This document shows, piece after piece, positions 35,507-44,537 of a stretch of 64,000 nucleotides of DNA (position 1 is its first letter; the number at the start of each line of letters is the position of its first letter). Source of the stretch: Verrucomicrobiota bacterium (GTDB taxonomy: Bacteria; Verrucomicrobiota; Verrucomicrobiia; Opitutales; Opitutaceae); assembly GCA_028293545.1 (NCBI GenBank), contig JAQGOP010000043.1, positions 63,651 through 127,650 on the forward strand, given 5' to 3'. Under the pieces are notes generated by a model. The model made no database searches. It saw only the letters and a program-made list of their open reading frames with translations, and was not told the origin of the DNA. A program made the position numbers and the translations under genes.

Positions 35507-37699
35507 ATGAAGTCCTACAAGTTCGTGAACTACCTCTGGGATGACGCCAAGGCGGCATCGCTCGATCCGGTTGGCCGCCTCGTTTATCGCTCCAACCTCC
35601 TGGGCAGCGACCAGCGCATCACCAACACCGGCGGCGGCAACACGTCGTCGAAGATTTCCGAAACCGATCCATTGACCGGCCAGCCCACGGCGGTGCTCTG
35701 GGTCAAGGGCTCCGGCGGCGACCTGCGCACGAGCACGCGGGAAAACTTTTCGTCCCTTTACCAGGACAAGCTTATCGGCATGCAGGCGCTTTACCTCGGG
35801 CGTCCCGATCGGGGCCTGAAATCCGCGGCGGAAGACGACATGGTCGCGATGGCGAGCCACGCGACGTTCAACCTCAACCCGCGCGCGTCGTCGATCGACA
35901 CCCCGCTCCACAGCTTCATCCCGGCCAAGTTCGTCGATCACATGCACCCGAACGCGATCATCGCGATCGCGGCCTCGGCCAACTGCAAAAAGATCACCCA
36001 GGAAATCTTCGGCGGCGAAATGGCGTACGTGAAGTGGATGCGCCCCGGCTTTGAGCTCGGCCTCGCGATGCAGGATATCGCGCGGAAAAACCCGAAGATG
36101 AAGTCCATCATGATGGGCCAGCACGGTTTCATCTCGTGGGACAACGACGAGAAGGCCTGCTACACCTACACGCTGGACTGCATCGAGCAGGCCGCGGCCT
36201 ACATCGAGCAGAAGTACGCCGCCAAGGGCGGTGACGCCGCGGCGTTCGGTGGGGCGAAATACACGACGCTCGCCCCGGAAAAGCGCGCGGAATTGTTCGC
36301 GGGAATCCTGCCGTGGCTGCGCGGCCAGGTTTCGCAGCAGCGCCGTTTCATCGGCACCGTGCAGGAAGACGAGAAGATCCTCCGCTTCGTGAATTCAAAG
36401 GATGCCGCCCGACTCGCGGAACTTGGCACGTCCTGCCCCGACCATTTTCTGCGCACAAAGATCAAGCCGCTCTACGTGGATTGGAATCCGCAGGCCGAGG
36501 ATCTCGCCGCCCTCAAGTCCAAGCTCAAGGCCGGCCTCGATGGCTACCGGAAGGATTACGCGACTTATTACACGAAGTGCAAAGCAGCGAACTCGCCCGC
36601 GATGCGTGACGCCAACCCGACGGTCGTGCTCATCCCCGGCCTCGGCATGATCGCGTGGGGCAAGGACAAATCGGAGTCGCGCGTCACCGCTGAATTCTAC
36701 AATTGCGCCGTCGAAGTCATGCGCGGCGCCGAGGCGATCGACAAGTACATCGCCCTGCCGCAGCAGGAAGCGTTCGACATCGAGTACTGGCTCCTCGAGG
36801 AGGCTAAGCTGAAGCGCATGCCCGCGGAGAAAGAGCTGGCGCGCCAGGTCATCGTCGTCATCGGCGCCGGTTCCGGCATCGGCAAGGAAACCGCGCACCG
36901 CATTTCCAAGGAAGGTGCGCACATCGTGAGCGTCGACATGAAAGTCGAAACCGCCGACGTCACCGCGAAGGAAATCATCGCGAAGCTCGGCCAGGGCATC
37001 GGCGTCGCCGGCTCCGGGATTTCCGGTTGCGGCCCGGCGGTGGGCCTCGCGTGCAACATCACCGATCGCGCCAGCGTGCGCGCGATGCTCGACCAGGTCG
37101 CGCTCGCTTACGGTGGGTTCGATTCGATCATCGTCACCGCCGGCGTATTCTGGCCGAGCGACACCAGCGGCCACATCCCGGACGACAAGTGGTTCTTCAC
37201 GTTCAACGTCAATGTCACCGGCAGCTACATCGTCGGCGACGAAGCCGCGAAGACCTGGAAAGAGCAGGGGCTCAAGGGTCAGCTCGTCCTCACGACCTCC
37301 GCGAACGCCGTCGTCGCAAAGAAGGGCTCGATTGCCTACGACACCTCGAAGGCGGCCGCGAATCATCTCGTGCGCGAGCTCGCCATCGAGCTCTCGCCGC
37401 TGGTGCGCGTAAACGGCGTGGCGCCTGCGACCGTGGTGCAGGGCTCCGCGATGTTCCCGCGCGACCGCGTGATCGGATCGCTCGCGAAATACAGCATCGC
37501 GTACACAGAGGACGAAGCGACGGAGTCATTGGTGAAGAAACTCGCCCAGTTCTACGCGGACCGCACCTTGACGAAGGCCCCGATCACGCCCGCCGACCAG
37601 GCCGAGGCGTATTTCCTCCTCGTCAGCCAGCGCCTCAGCAAGACCACCGGGCAAGTCATCACCGTCGACGGCGGCCTGCACGAGGCCTTCCTGCGATAA
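35507..37699 (+). CDS. bifunctional rhamnulose-1-phosphate aldolase / short-chain dehydrogenase (RhaEW/YuxG-type)
   Basis: 730 aa. N-terminal class II aldolase part (NTGGGNTSSK, HMHP); C-terminal SDR part (VIGAGSGIGKE Rossmann motif, YDTSKAA catalytic YxxxK). Confidence 0.9.
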   Translation: MKSYKFVNYLWDDAKAASLDPVGRLVYRSNLLGSDQRITNTGGGNTSSKISETDPLTGQPTAVLWVKGSGGDLRTSTRENFSSLYQDKLIGMQALYLGRPDRGLKSAAEDDMVAMASHATFNLNPRASSIDTPLHSFIPAKFVDHMHPNAIIAIAASANCKKITQEIFGGEMAYVKWMRPGFELGLAMQDIARKNPKMKSIMMGQHGFISWDNDEKACYTYTLDCIEQAAAYIEQKYAAKGGDAAAFGGAKYTTLAPEKRAELFAGILPWLRGQVSQQRRFIGTVQEDEKILRFVNSKDAARLAELGTSCPDHFLRTKIKPLYVDWNPQAEDLAALKSKLKAGLDGYRKDYATYYTKCKAANSPAMRDANPTVVLIPGLGMIAWGKDKSESRVTAEFYNCAVEVMRGAEAIDKYIALPQQEAFDIEYWLLEEAKLKRMPAEKELARQVIVVIGAGSGIGKETAHRISKEGAHIVSVDMKVETADVTAKEIIAKLGQGIGVAGSGISGCGPAVGLACNITDRASVRAMLDQVALAYGGFDSIIVTAGVFWPSDTSGHIPDDKWFFTFNVNVTGSYIVGDEAAKTWKEQGLKGQLVLTTSANAVVAKKGSIAYDTSKAAANHLVRELAIELSPLVRVNGVAPATVVQGSAMFPRDRVIGSLAKYSIAYTEDEATESLVKKLAQFYADRTLTKAPITPADQAEAYFLLVSQRLSKTTGQVITVDGGLHEAFLR

Positions 37700-37702
37700 T
37701 TC

Positions 37703-37773
37703 GTAGGGCGCGGTCTCCGACCCGCCTCCGAGACCGGCGCTCCGCCCGAGGCGGGTCGGAAACCGCGCCCTAC
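37703..37773. repeat. REP-B hairpin element inside the sugar cluster
   Basis: GTAGGGCGCGGTCTCCGACCCGCCTC ... GAGGCGGGTCGGAAACCGCGCCCTAC. Confidence 0.9.
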
Positions 37774-37784
37774 TCCTTTCCACG

Positions 37785-38624
37785 ATGAAACTCGGCGCGC
37801 ATATCTACCTCTGGACCGAGCGTTGGTCGGACGCCGAGGTCGGCCTCCTGGGCCGCGCGCGCGAACTGGGCCTCGACGCGCTCGAGCTTTCGCTCGGGCT
37901 CGACGTGAAATACTCCGCCCCGCTCACGCGAAACGCCGCGCAGGCGGCGGGAATGACGTTGGTCGTGAGCCCGGGCGGCGAGTGGCCCGCGGGCGCCGAC
38001 CTGTCGGACGACGATCCGGCCAATCGGAAAACAGCCGGGAAGTTTCACGCTTCGCTGATCGACCAGGCGGCTGAGCTGGGGGCGGTGGCGTATGCCGGGG
38101 CAATTTATGGCCGCCCGGGAAAAGTCCTCCGGCGCCGTCCGCCTGCGGATGAAATTCCGCGGACCGCGGAAGGCCTGCACACGCTCGCCGAGCATGCGCG
38201 GAGGGCGGGGGTGAAGCTGGTGCTTGAGCCGATGAGCCGTTTTCGCTCGCACGTCGTGAACACCCCGACGCAGGCCATCCAGCTCGTGCAGCAGGCGGAT
38301 CACGCCAACCTTTTCATCCTCCTGGACACCTACCACCTCGTCACCGAAGTGCGTGATCATGCGGCGGCGATTCGCTCGGTGGGTGACCGGCTCTGGGGAT
38401 TGCACGCCTGCGAGAACGACCGCGGCGTGCCGGGCGGGGGGCTGCTGCCGTGGCCGGAAATTTTTGCGGCGGTGAAATCCACGAAGGCGGAGTACATCGC
38501 CTTCGAGGCTTACAACACCGCGCTCGGCGATTTCGGATGGCGTCGCGGAATGTTCCAGAACGTGTGTCCCGACGGCGATGCCTTTGTCCGCGAAGCGCTG
38601 CGTTTTACCCGGAGTTTTCTCTAG
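37785..38624 (+). CDS. xylose-isomerase-like TIM-barrel sugar isomerase/epimerase (ketose 3-epimerase-like)
   Basis: LVLEPMSRF..NT, ILLDTYH and LHACENDRGVPG resemble the E-D-H-E metal pattern of tagatose/psicose 3-epimerase-type enzymes (motif-level). Confidence 0.8.
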   Translation: MKLGAHIYLWTERWSDAEVGLLGRARELGLDALELSLGLDVKYSAPLTRNAAQAAGMTLVVSPGGEWPAGADLSDDDPANRKTAGKFHASLIDQAAELGAVAYAGAIYGRPGKVLRRRPPADEIPRTAEGLHTLAEHARRAGVKLVLEPMSRFRSHVVNTPTQAIQLVQQADHANLFILLDTYHLVTEVRDHAAAIRSVGDRLWGLHACENDRGVPGGGLLPWPEIFAAVKSTKAEYIAFEAYNTALGDFGWRRGMFQNVCPDGDAFVREALRFTRSFL

Positions 38625-38729
38625 GAAGCTCGGCCAATTCGGGAACTTGCCAGTTGCGATGCGACCCGTGCACTTGATCTTGTTCGATTCATCCAGCCGG
38701 TTCCCGGCTTCCGATTTCCGCTCTCACTC

Positions 38730-40229
38730 ATGAAGCACTCCACGCACATCGCGAACCCCGATGTCATCATCATTGGCAGCGGCGTCATGTCCGCGAACCT
38801 CGCGGCGATGCTGAAGCGGCTGGAGCCGGCGCTTTCCCTCCAGGTTTACGAAGTCACGGACGAGCTCGCGCAGGAAAGTTCGCATGGGTGGAACAACGCC
38901 GGCACCGGCCACGCGGGAATCTGCGAGCTGAGCTACACGCCGAAACGCGAGGCCGACGGCTCGGTCAACGTCGCGAAGGCGATCGGGATCTTCGAGCAAT
39001 TCGAGCAATCGAAGCAGTTCTGGAGCTACGCCGTCGCCAGCGGGATGGTCGGGCATCCGAAGGAGTTCATCAATCCCGTCGCCCATCTCAGTTTCGTGCA
39101 TGGAGCGGAGCAGGTGGATTTTCTGAAGGCCCGCCACGCCGGCATGTCGGCGCATCATTTCTTCCGGGAAATGGAATACTCCACCGATCGCGCGGTCATC
39201 GGGGGCTGGGCTCCGCTCCTGATGGAAGGCCGGGCAGAGATGCCGGTCGCCGCGACCAGGATGGACTCCGGCACCGACGTGAATTTCGGCGCGATTTCCC
39301 GGAAGCTCCTCGCTTGGGTTGAAAAACAGCCGGGCTGCGGGATCGCCTCCGGGCATCGCGTAGTGGGCCTGAAAAAATCCGGCGCGGGCTGGGAGGCGCA
39401 GGCCAGGGATCTCGCCACCGGGAAAATCGTCCGCAACACCGCCAGGTTTGTCTTCGTCGGCGCCGGCGGCGGCAGCCTTCACCTCCTTCAGAAATCGGGC
39501 ATCGCCGAAAGCAAGGGCCTCGGCGGTTTTCCCATCGGCGGGCAATGGCTGGTGTGCGACAACCCCGATGTCGTGAAAAAACACCAGGCCAAGGTCTACG
39601 GCCAGGCGCTCGACGCGGCGCCCACGATGGCCGTGCCGCATCTCGACACGCGCGTGCTCGACGGGAAAAAGACGCTGCTCTTCGGCCCGTTTGCGGCGTG
39701 GACGACGAAGTTTCTCCACAAGAAAGGCCGCTGGACCGACCTGCCCGGCTCAATCAAGGCGGACAACCTGGTCACGCTCCTCAAGATCGGGGCCTCGAAT
39801 CTTCCGCTCGTGCGCTACCTGATCCAGCAAGGCACGCAGAGCATGGCCGACCGGATGGAAGTCCTGCACATTTTTTATCCGGCCGCAAAAACCGCGGACT
39901 GGAAACTGATCGATGCCGGCATTCGCGTGCAGGCGATCAAGAAAACCGATGGCGAGGCGGGCATCGTGCATTACGGCACCGAAGTGATCACGAATTCCGA
40001 GCGTACGATCTCAGCGCTGCTCGGCGCATCGCCGGGTGCGTCGGTGTCGGTGAACATTGTGCTCGAAGTCGTGAAAATGTGTTTCCCTCACCTGCTCGCG
40101 ACCGACGTCGGCCGCGCGCGCATGAAGGAAATGATTCCAACCTACGACGTGGACATCAAACTCCCGCAGCACGCCGCGGAATTCCGGGCCGTGCAGCAGC
40201 GCGCGAACCAATTATTGGAACTGGGCTGA
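38730..40229 (+). CDS. mqo: malate:quinone oxidoreductase-family FAD enzyme
   Basis: VIIIGSGVMSANLAAMLK (FAD fold) and SSHGWNNAGTGHAGICELSYTP; 499 aa, colinear with Mqo. Confidence 0.88.
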   Translation: MKHSTHIANPDVIIIGSGVMSANLAAMLKRLEPALSLQVYEVTDELAQESSHGWNNAGTGHAGICELSYTPKREADGSVNVAKAIGIFEQFEQSKQFWSYAVASGMVGHPKEFINPVAHLSFVHGAEQVDFLKARHAGMSAHHFFREMEYSTDRAVIGGWAPLLMEGRAEMPVAATRMDSGTDVNFGAISRKLLAWVEKQPGCGIASGHRVVGLKKSGAGWEAQARDLATGKIVRNTARFVFVGAGGGSLHLLQKSGIAESKGLGGFPIGGQWLVCDNPDVVKKHQAKVYGQALDAAPTMAVPHLDTRVLDGKKTLLFGPFAAWTTKFLHKKGRWTDLPGSIKADNLVTLLKIGASNLPLVRYLIQQGTQSMADRMEVLHIFYPAAKTADWKLIDAGIRVQAIKKTDGEAGIVHYGTEVITNSERTISALLGASPGASVSVNIVLEVVKMCFPHLLATDVGRARMKEMIPTYDVDIKLPQHAAEFRAVQQRANQLLELG

Positions 40230-40369
40230 AGAATTCGCATCTTTGTTAACGACGAATGTTCGATCCTCGGAAATTGCCCCTTCGACCCTAACTCCATAGA
40301 CATTCTTCAACGCTGCTCCCCTCGGCGTCCGGCCAATCCGCAATCCGAAATTCGCACCCTACCCAAAAA

Positions 40370-41797
40370 ATGTCTTCCCCGATCTTCACCGCTGCGGTCG
40401 ACCTCGGCGCCACCAGTGGACGCATCATCCTTGGCAAGTGGGCGGACGAAAAACTGACGCTCAACGAGGTCCATCGCTTTCCCAACACCTACCGCGAACT
40501 CGGCCAGCATGCCTACTGGGAAGTCGGCACCCTGTGGGCCGAGGTCCAGGCGGGCCTGCGCCAAGCCGTGGCTGCGCTGCCTGCCGGCGCCAAGCTGGCG
40601 TCGGTCGGCGTCGACACCTGGGGCTGCGACCACGTGTTGCTGAGCGATTCCGGCCGGTTGGTTTTCCCGGTCCACGCGTATCGCGACAATCGCACGCAAG
40701 CCGGGCTCGCTGCGTTGGCGGAGCGCGGCGCTGCGCACCTTTATGCCGCGACCGGCGTTCCCAATGTTTTCTACAACACCAGCCTCCAGCTGGGTGAGAC
40801 GATTTCCCGGTTTCCGCCGATCAAGGATTTGGCGGCGCGGTGCCTGTTTCTTCCCGATTATTTCAATTTTCTCCTGAGCGGCATCGCGGAGAACGAGCTG
40901 ACCATCGCGAGCACCTCGCAGCTGCTCGACGTTCACGCCCAGGAATTTTCGCGCACCGCGCTCGATCATTTCCGCATCCCGCCGGCCTGGTTCACGACCC
41001 CGGTCCTTGCCGGCAAACGCCTCGGCGGCGTGATCGCGATACCGGAGCTCGAGGGTACGCAGGTAATCGCCGTGCCCGGGCACGACACGGCGTGTGCCTA
41101 CGACGCGATGCCGGCGTCGCCCGACGGCGGGGATCTTTTCCTGAGCTCGGGCACGTGGTCGCTGATCGGTTTTGAGAACGCGAAGCCGCTGCTGGGCGCC
41201 GAGGCGATGGCGGCGCGCGTCGCCAACGAACGCACCGGCCTCGGCGGCTACCGCCCGCTCACGAACGTCGTGGGGCTTTTCCTCCTCGAGCAGACGATGA
41301 ATGATTTCAAGGAAAGGCCGGAGAGTGCGCGCGACTGGGATGCGTTGATTGCCGAGGCGACGGCGCTTCCCGTCCCCGAGGTTTTGCTCGATCCCGCCGA
41401 CCCGGCTTTCACCGCGCCGAAGTCGATGCGCGAGGCGATCGATGCGCAGCTGAAGAAACAGAAGGCCGCCCCGCCGAAGACGCTCGCGGGCTATACTCGC
41501 CTGATCTGTGAGTCGATCGGCCGCGGCCACGCGGCGGCGGCGGCGAATTTCGAAAGCATGACCGGCGGCAAATTCCGCCGGATCCTCATGGTCGGCGGGG
41601 GCTCGAAGAACCGCCTGCTCTGCCAGGCGACCGCCGAGGCCGCGGGCATCCCGGTCGTCTCGTTCAACCTCGAGGGCACGGCCGTGGGCAACATCGCGAA
41701 CCAGCTGATCTCGCTCGGCGCCGTGAAAAATCTTGCGACCTTCCGCCAGCTCCTCGCCGCCGACCTCCAGCAGAAAACCTACCGCCCGAAAAAGTAG
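40370..41797 (+). CDS. rhaB: rhamnulokinase (FGGY family)
   Basis: AAVDLGATSGRIILGKW...LTLNEVHRFPN N-terminus as in RhaB; GGGSKN near the C-terminus. Confidence 0.88.
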   Translation: MSSPIFTAAVDLGATSGRIILGKWADEKLTLNEVHRFPNTYRELGQHAYWEVGTLWAEVQAGLRQAVAALPAGAKLASVGVDTWGCDHVLLSDSGRLVFPVHAYRDNRTQAGLAALAERGAAHLYAATGVPNVFYNTSLQLGETISRFPPIKDLAARCLFLPDYFNFLLSGIAENELTIASTSQLLDVHAQEFSRTALDHFRIPPAWFTTPVLAGKRLGGVIAIPELEGTQVIAVPGHDTACAYDAMPASPDGGDLFLSSGTWSLIGFENAKPLLGAEAMAARVANERTGLGGYRPLTNVVGLFLLEQTMNDFKERPESARDWDALIAEATALPVPEVLLDPADPAFTAPKSMREAIDAQLKKQKAAPPKTLAGYTRLICESIGRGHAAAAANFESMTGGKFRRILMVGGGSKNRLLCQATAEAAGIPVVSFNLEGTAVGNIANQLISLGAVKNLATFRQLLAADLQQKTYRPKK

Positions 41798-41819
41798 CGC
41801 AGGCGGCCGGCCTGCTCCG
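41792..41819 (+). repeat. REP-A copy supplying the TAG stop of rhaB
   Basis: AAGTAGCGCAGGCGGCCGGCCTGCTCCG. Confidence 0.9.
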
Positions 41820-42137
41820 AAAATAGAAGCACCGTCACGGCCGGTTAGGCGACGGGTGGCTGCGTGAAGACCGGCCGACGGATGACGGGCTCGGCCCGGC
41901 AAAGAGCGAGGCCACGGCGAGCAACGTCGCGACCAAAAGCCGCACCAATGTGCGCGACAGATAGCATAAAACCGGGAGCAGGGCCTGGATTTGGGGCATT
42001 CCGACTGAGGTGACAGTCGGTCGCGCCAAATCCGCCAGTGGCAAATGCGGTTTATCCGGCGGAGCGAATTCTTCGCAAGGCACTCATCGGCTCCGTCTGC
42101 AGTTTAACGCAGACGGAGTCATTCGACTCGCTGCCCG

Positions 42138-44150
42138 CTACCAAATCGTCACGCGCTCGGACGCGGGACGGCGCATCGGCGCGCCTTCGGGCACATCGAA
42201 CGCCTGGGCGAATTCGTCGAGATTGGAGAGCGGGCCGTTGACCCTGAACTCGGCCGGCGAATGCGGATCGGTGTTGACCTGCAGGCGGAGGTCCTCCGGC
42301 CGGCTCAGCCGGCGCCACTTCGCCCCGAAGCTGATGAAGAAGCGCTGCTCGGGCGTGTAGCCGTCGATTTTTTCGCGCGACTTCCCGACCAGCGCTTTTT
42401 GCAGCGCGGCATAGGCGATCTTGATGCCGCCCAAGTCGGCAATGTTTTCGCCCTGCGTCAGTTCGCCGTTCACGTGGAGGCCGTCGAGCACGGTGTAAGC
42501 GGCGAATTGTTTCACCACCCCGCCGGACCTTTCCTTGAACTTCACGGTGCACTCCTGCGACCACCAGTCGACGAGGTTGCCGTCGCCATCATATTTGCGG
42601 CCGCTGTCGTCGTACCCATGCGTCATCTCGTGGCCGATGCTCGTGCCGATCGCGCCGTAGTTCACGGCGTCGTCCGCTTTCGGATCGAAGAACGGCGGCT
42701 GAAGATATCCCGCCGGAAAAACGATCTCGTTGGCGGTCGGGCGGAAATAGGCGTTCACCGTCGGCGGCGTCATCCCCCACTCGGTGCGGTCAACGGGTTG
42801 GCCGATCTTCGCCATTTCGCGCCGATGATCCAGCGCCTTGAGCCGAAGGGCGTTCAGCACGTACGGACCGCGCTCCACCCGGGCGTCGGCGTAATCTTCC
42901 CATTTGTCGGGATAGCCGACCTTGACGGTGAACGCATCGAGCTTCGCGCGGGCCTTCACCCGCGTGGCCTCGTCCATCCACTCGAGCGTCTGGAGTCGTT
43001 CGCGCAAAGCGGCGCGCAGGTTCGACACCAGTTGGATCATCCGCGCTTTCGATTCCGGCGGGAAATATTCCGCGACGTAAAGCTGGCCCAGCGCTTCGCC
43101 GAGGTTGCCATCGATCGTGGCCACGACGCGCTGCCAGCGTTCGCGCTGCTTTTCCTGCCCAGTGAGGATGTGACCGGTGAACTCGAAATTCTGTTTAACG
43201 AATGGCTCGCTCAAGTACGGCGCGGTGGCGTTCACCAAGTGCCAGCGCAGGTAAGCCTGCCAATCGGCGATCGGCGTGGTCGCAAGTAAACCGGCGAAGG
43301 ACTTGAAGAATTCTGGCTGGTTGACGTTGACGTCGGTGAACGGGACGGCGCCGGCGGCGGAGAAATAGGCGGGCCAGTCCAGGGTCGGGGTCAGCGCCGA
43401 GAGTTCGGCGACCGGCATCTTGTGGTAGCGAGCGTGGGGATCGCGCAGCTGCACGCGTGAGAGTGAAGCCTTGGCCAGGGCCGTCTCGAGCCTGAGGACG
43501 GCGGCGGCTGACGCAGGGGTGGTGGCGGGATCGTCGCCGAGCAACCCGAGCATTTTCGCGATGTGCGCTTCGTAATCGGCGCGCAGCTTCTTTGATTTTT
43601 CGTCATCGCGGAGGTAATAATCGCGCTCCGGCAACCCGAGCCCGCCTTGGCTGAGCTGGGCGAGTTCGACGCGGCTGTTCTTGGCATCGGCGCCACTGCC
43701 GAAACGAAAACCGGATCCGCCCACGCCCATCGCACGCAGTTGGGCGAGGGCCAGCATGATATCGGCGGGGCTTTTGAGCGCCGCGATGCGGTCCAGCTCC
43801 GGCTTCAGCGGCGTCGCGCCGGCCGCCTCGATCGCGGCCACGTCCATGCCACTTGTATAGAGGTCGCCGACCTGGCGCTCGATCGCGGTGCCGGCGGAGT
43901 TTTTGCTCGCCGCCGCCTCGCACAAGGACCGCAGGGAATCCTGGTTTCGCCTGACCAGTTCGGCGTGCGATCCCCAGGAGCTGTATTCAGGGGGAATGGC
44001 GGTGGCCTTGAGATAGGCGCCGTTGACGAAACGGTAGAAGTCGTCCTGTGGGCGAACCGAGAGATCGAAATTTTTCGGGTTCACGTCGGCCTGCACGGCC
44101 AAGGCCATGAGGGCGAAGGTCGCGGCGACGAGGGATTTGATTGGGCGCAT
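42138..44150 (-). CDS. M13 family metalloendopeptidase (PepO / endothelin-converting-enzyme-like), secreted
   Basis: Signal peptide; HEMTHGYDD (HExxH), NAYF and GENIADLGG. Confidence 0.92.
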   Translation of the reverse strand: MRPIKSLVAATFALMALAVQADVNPKNFDLSVRPQDDFYRFVNGAYLKATAIPPEYSSWGSHAELVRRNQDSLRSLCEAAASKNSAGTAIERQVGDLYTSGMDVAAIEAAGATPLKPELDRIAALKSPADIMLALAQLRAMGVGGSGFRFGSGADAKNSRVELAQLSQGGLGLPERDYYLRDDEKSKKLRADYEAHIAKMLGLLGDDPATTPASAAAVLRLETALAKASLSRVQLRDPHARYHKMPVAELSALTPTLDWPAYFSAAGAVPFTDVNVNQPEFFKSFAGLLATTPIADWQAYLRWHLVNATAPYLSEPFVKQNFEFTGHILTGQEKQRERWQRVVATIDGNLGEALGQLYVAEYFPPESKARMIQLVSNLRAALRERLQTLEWMDEATRVKARAKLDAFTVKVGYPDKWEDYADARVERGPYVLNALRLKALDHRREMAKIGQPVDRTEWGMTPPTVNAYFRPTANEIVFPAGYLQPPFFDPKADDAVNYGAIGTSIGHEMTHGYDDSGRKYDGDGNLVDWWSQECTVKFKERSGGVVKQFAAYTVLDGLHVNGELTQGENIADLGGIKIAYAALQKALVGKSREKIDGYTPEQRFFISFGAKWRRLSRPEDLRLQVNTDPHSPAEFRVNGPLSNLDEFAQAFDVPEGAPMRRPASERVTIW

Positions 44151-44200
44151 GCCTCAGGTTCAGCCCGCCCGGAGCCCCGGCACAAGCGCGTTCGAGGTTC

Positions 44201-44231
44201 GAAGTAGCGCACGCGGCCCGCCTGCTCCGGG
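44201..44231 (+). repeat. REP-A copy
   Basis: GAAGTAGCGCACGCGGCCCGCCTGCTCCGGG. Confidence 0.9.
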
Positions 44232-44320
44232 GCTGCGGCCGGGTTTCCACACGGAAACCGGATTTGGGCACCACGAAATACACGAAACACACGGCCCCCC
44301 AAGGCCCAAGCATTCGGAAT

Positions 44321-44435
44321 GTTGGCCGCAAAGAAGCGCAAGTTTCCGGGACTTCGTATCGAAGCATCCGCGCGCTTATAAGCGCTCCCAAAACTCCTTC
44401 GCAGCCCCAGAAACTTGCGCTTCTTTGCGGCCAAC
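44321..44435. repeat. REP-D palindromic MITE-like element
   Basis: GTTGGCCGCAAAGAAGCGCAAGTT ... GCGCGCTTATAAGCGC ... AACTTGCGCTTCTTTGCGGCCAAC. Confidence 0.9.
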
Positions 44436-44537
44436 ACTCCGGGCCTTGGTGTCGTGATATTTTCCCACCTGGCCGATCGACTCGCGCTTGGCCTATTTCG
44501 CCGTTGGCACCGGGGTCGCTTTCGTTACACCCCAACC

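Noticed and set aside
41835-41999. 54-aa hydrophobic ORF (MPQIQALLPVLCYLSRTLVRLLVATLLAVASLFAG...) downstream of the M13 peptidase
   Set aside because: Plausible small membrane protein, but there is no ribosome-binding site, no coupling and no conservation evidence available from the window alone.
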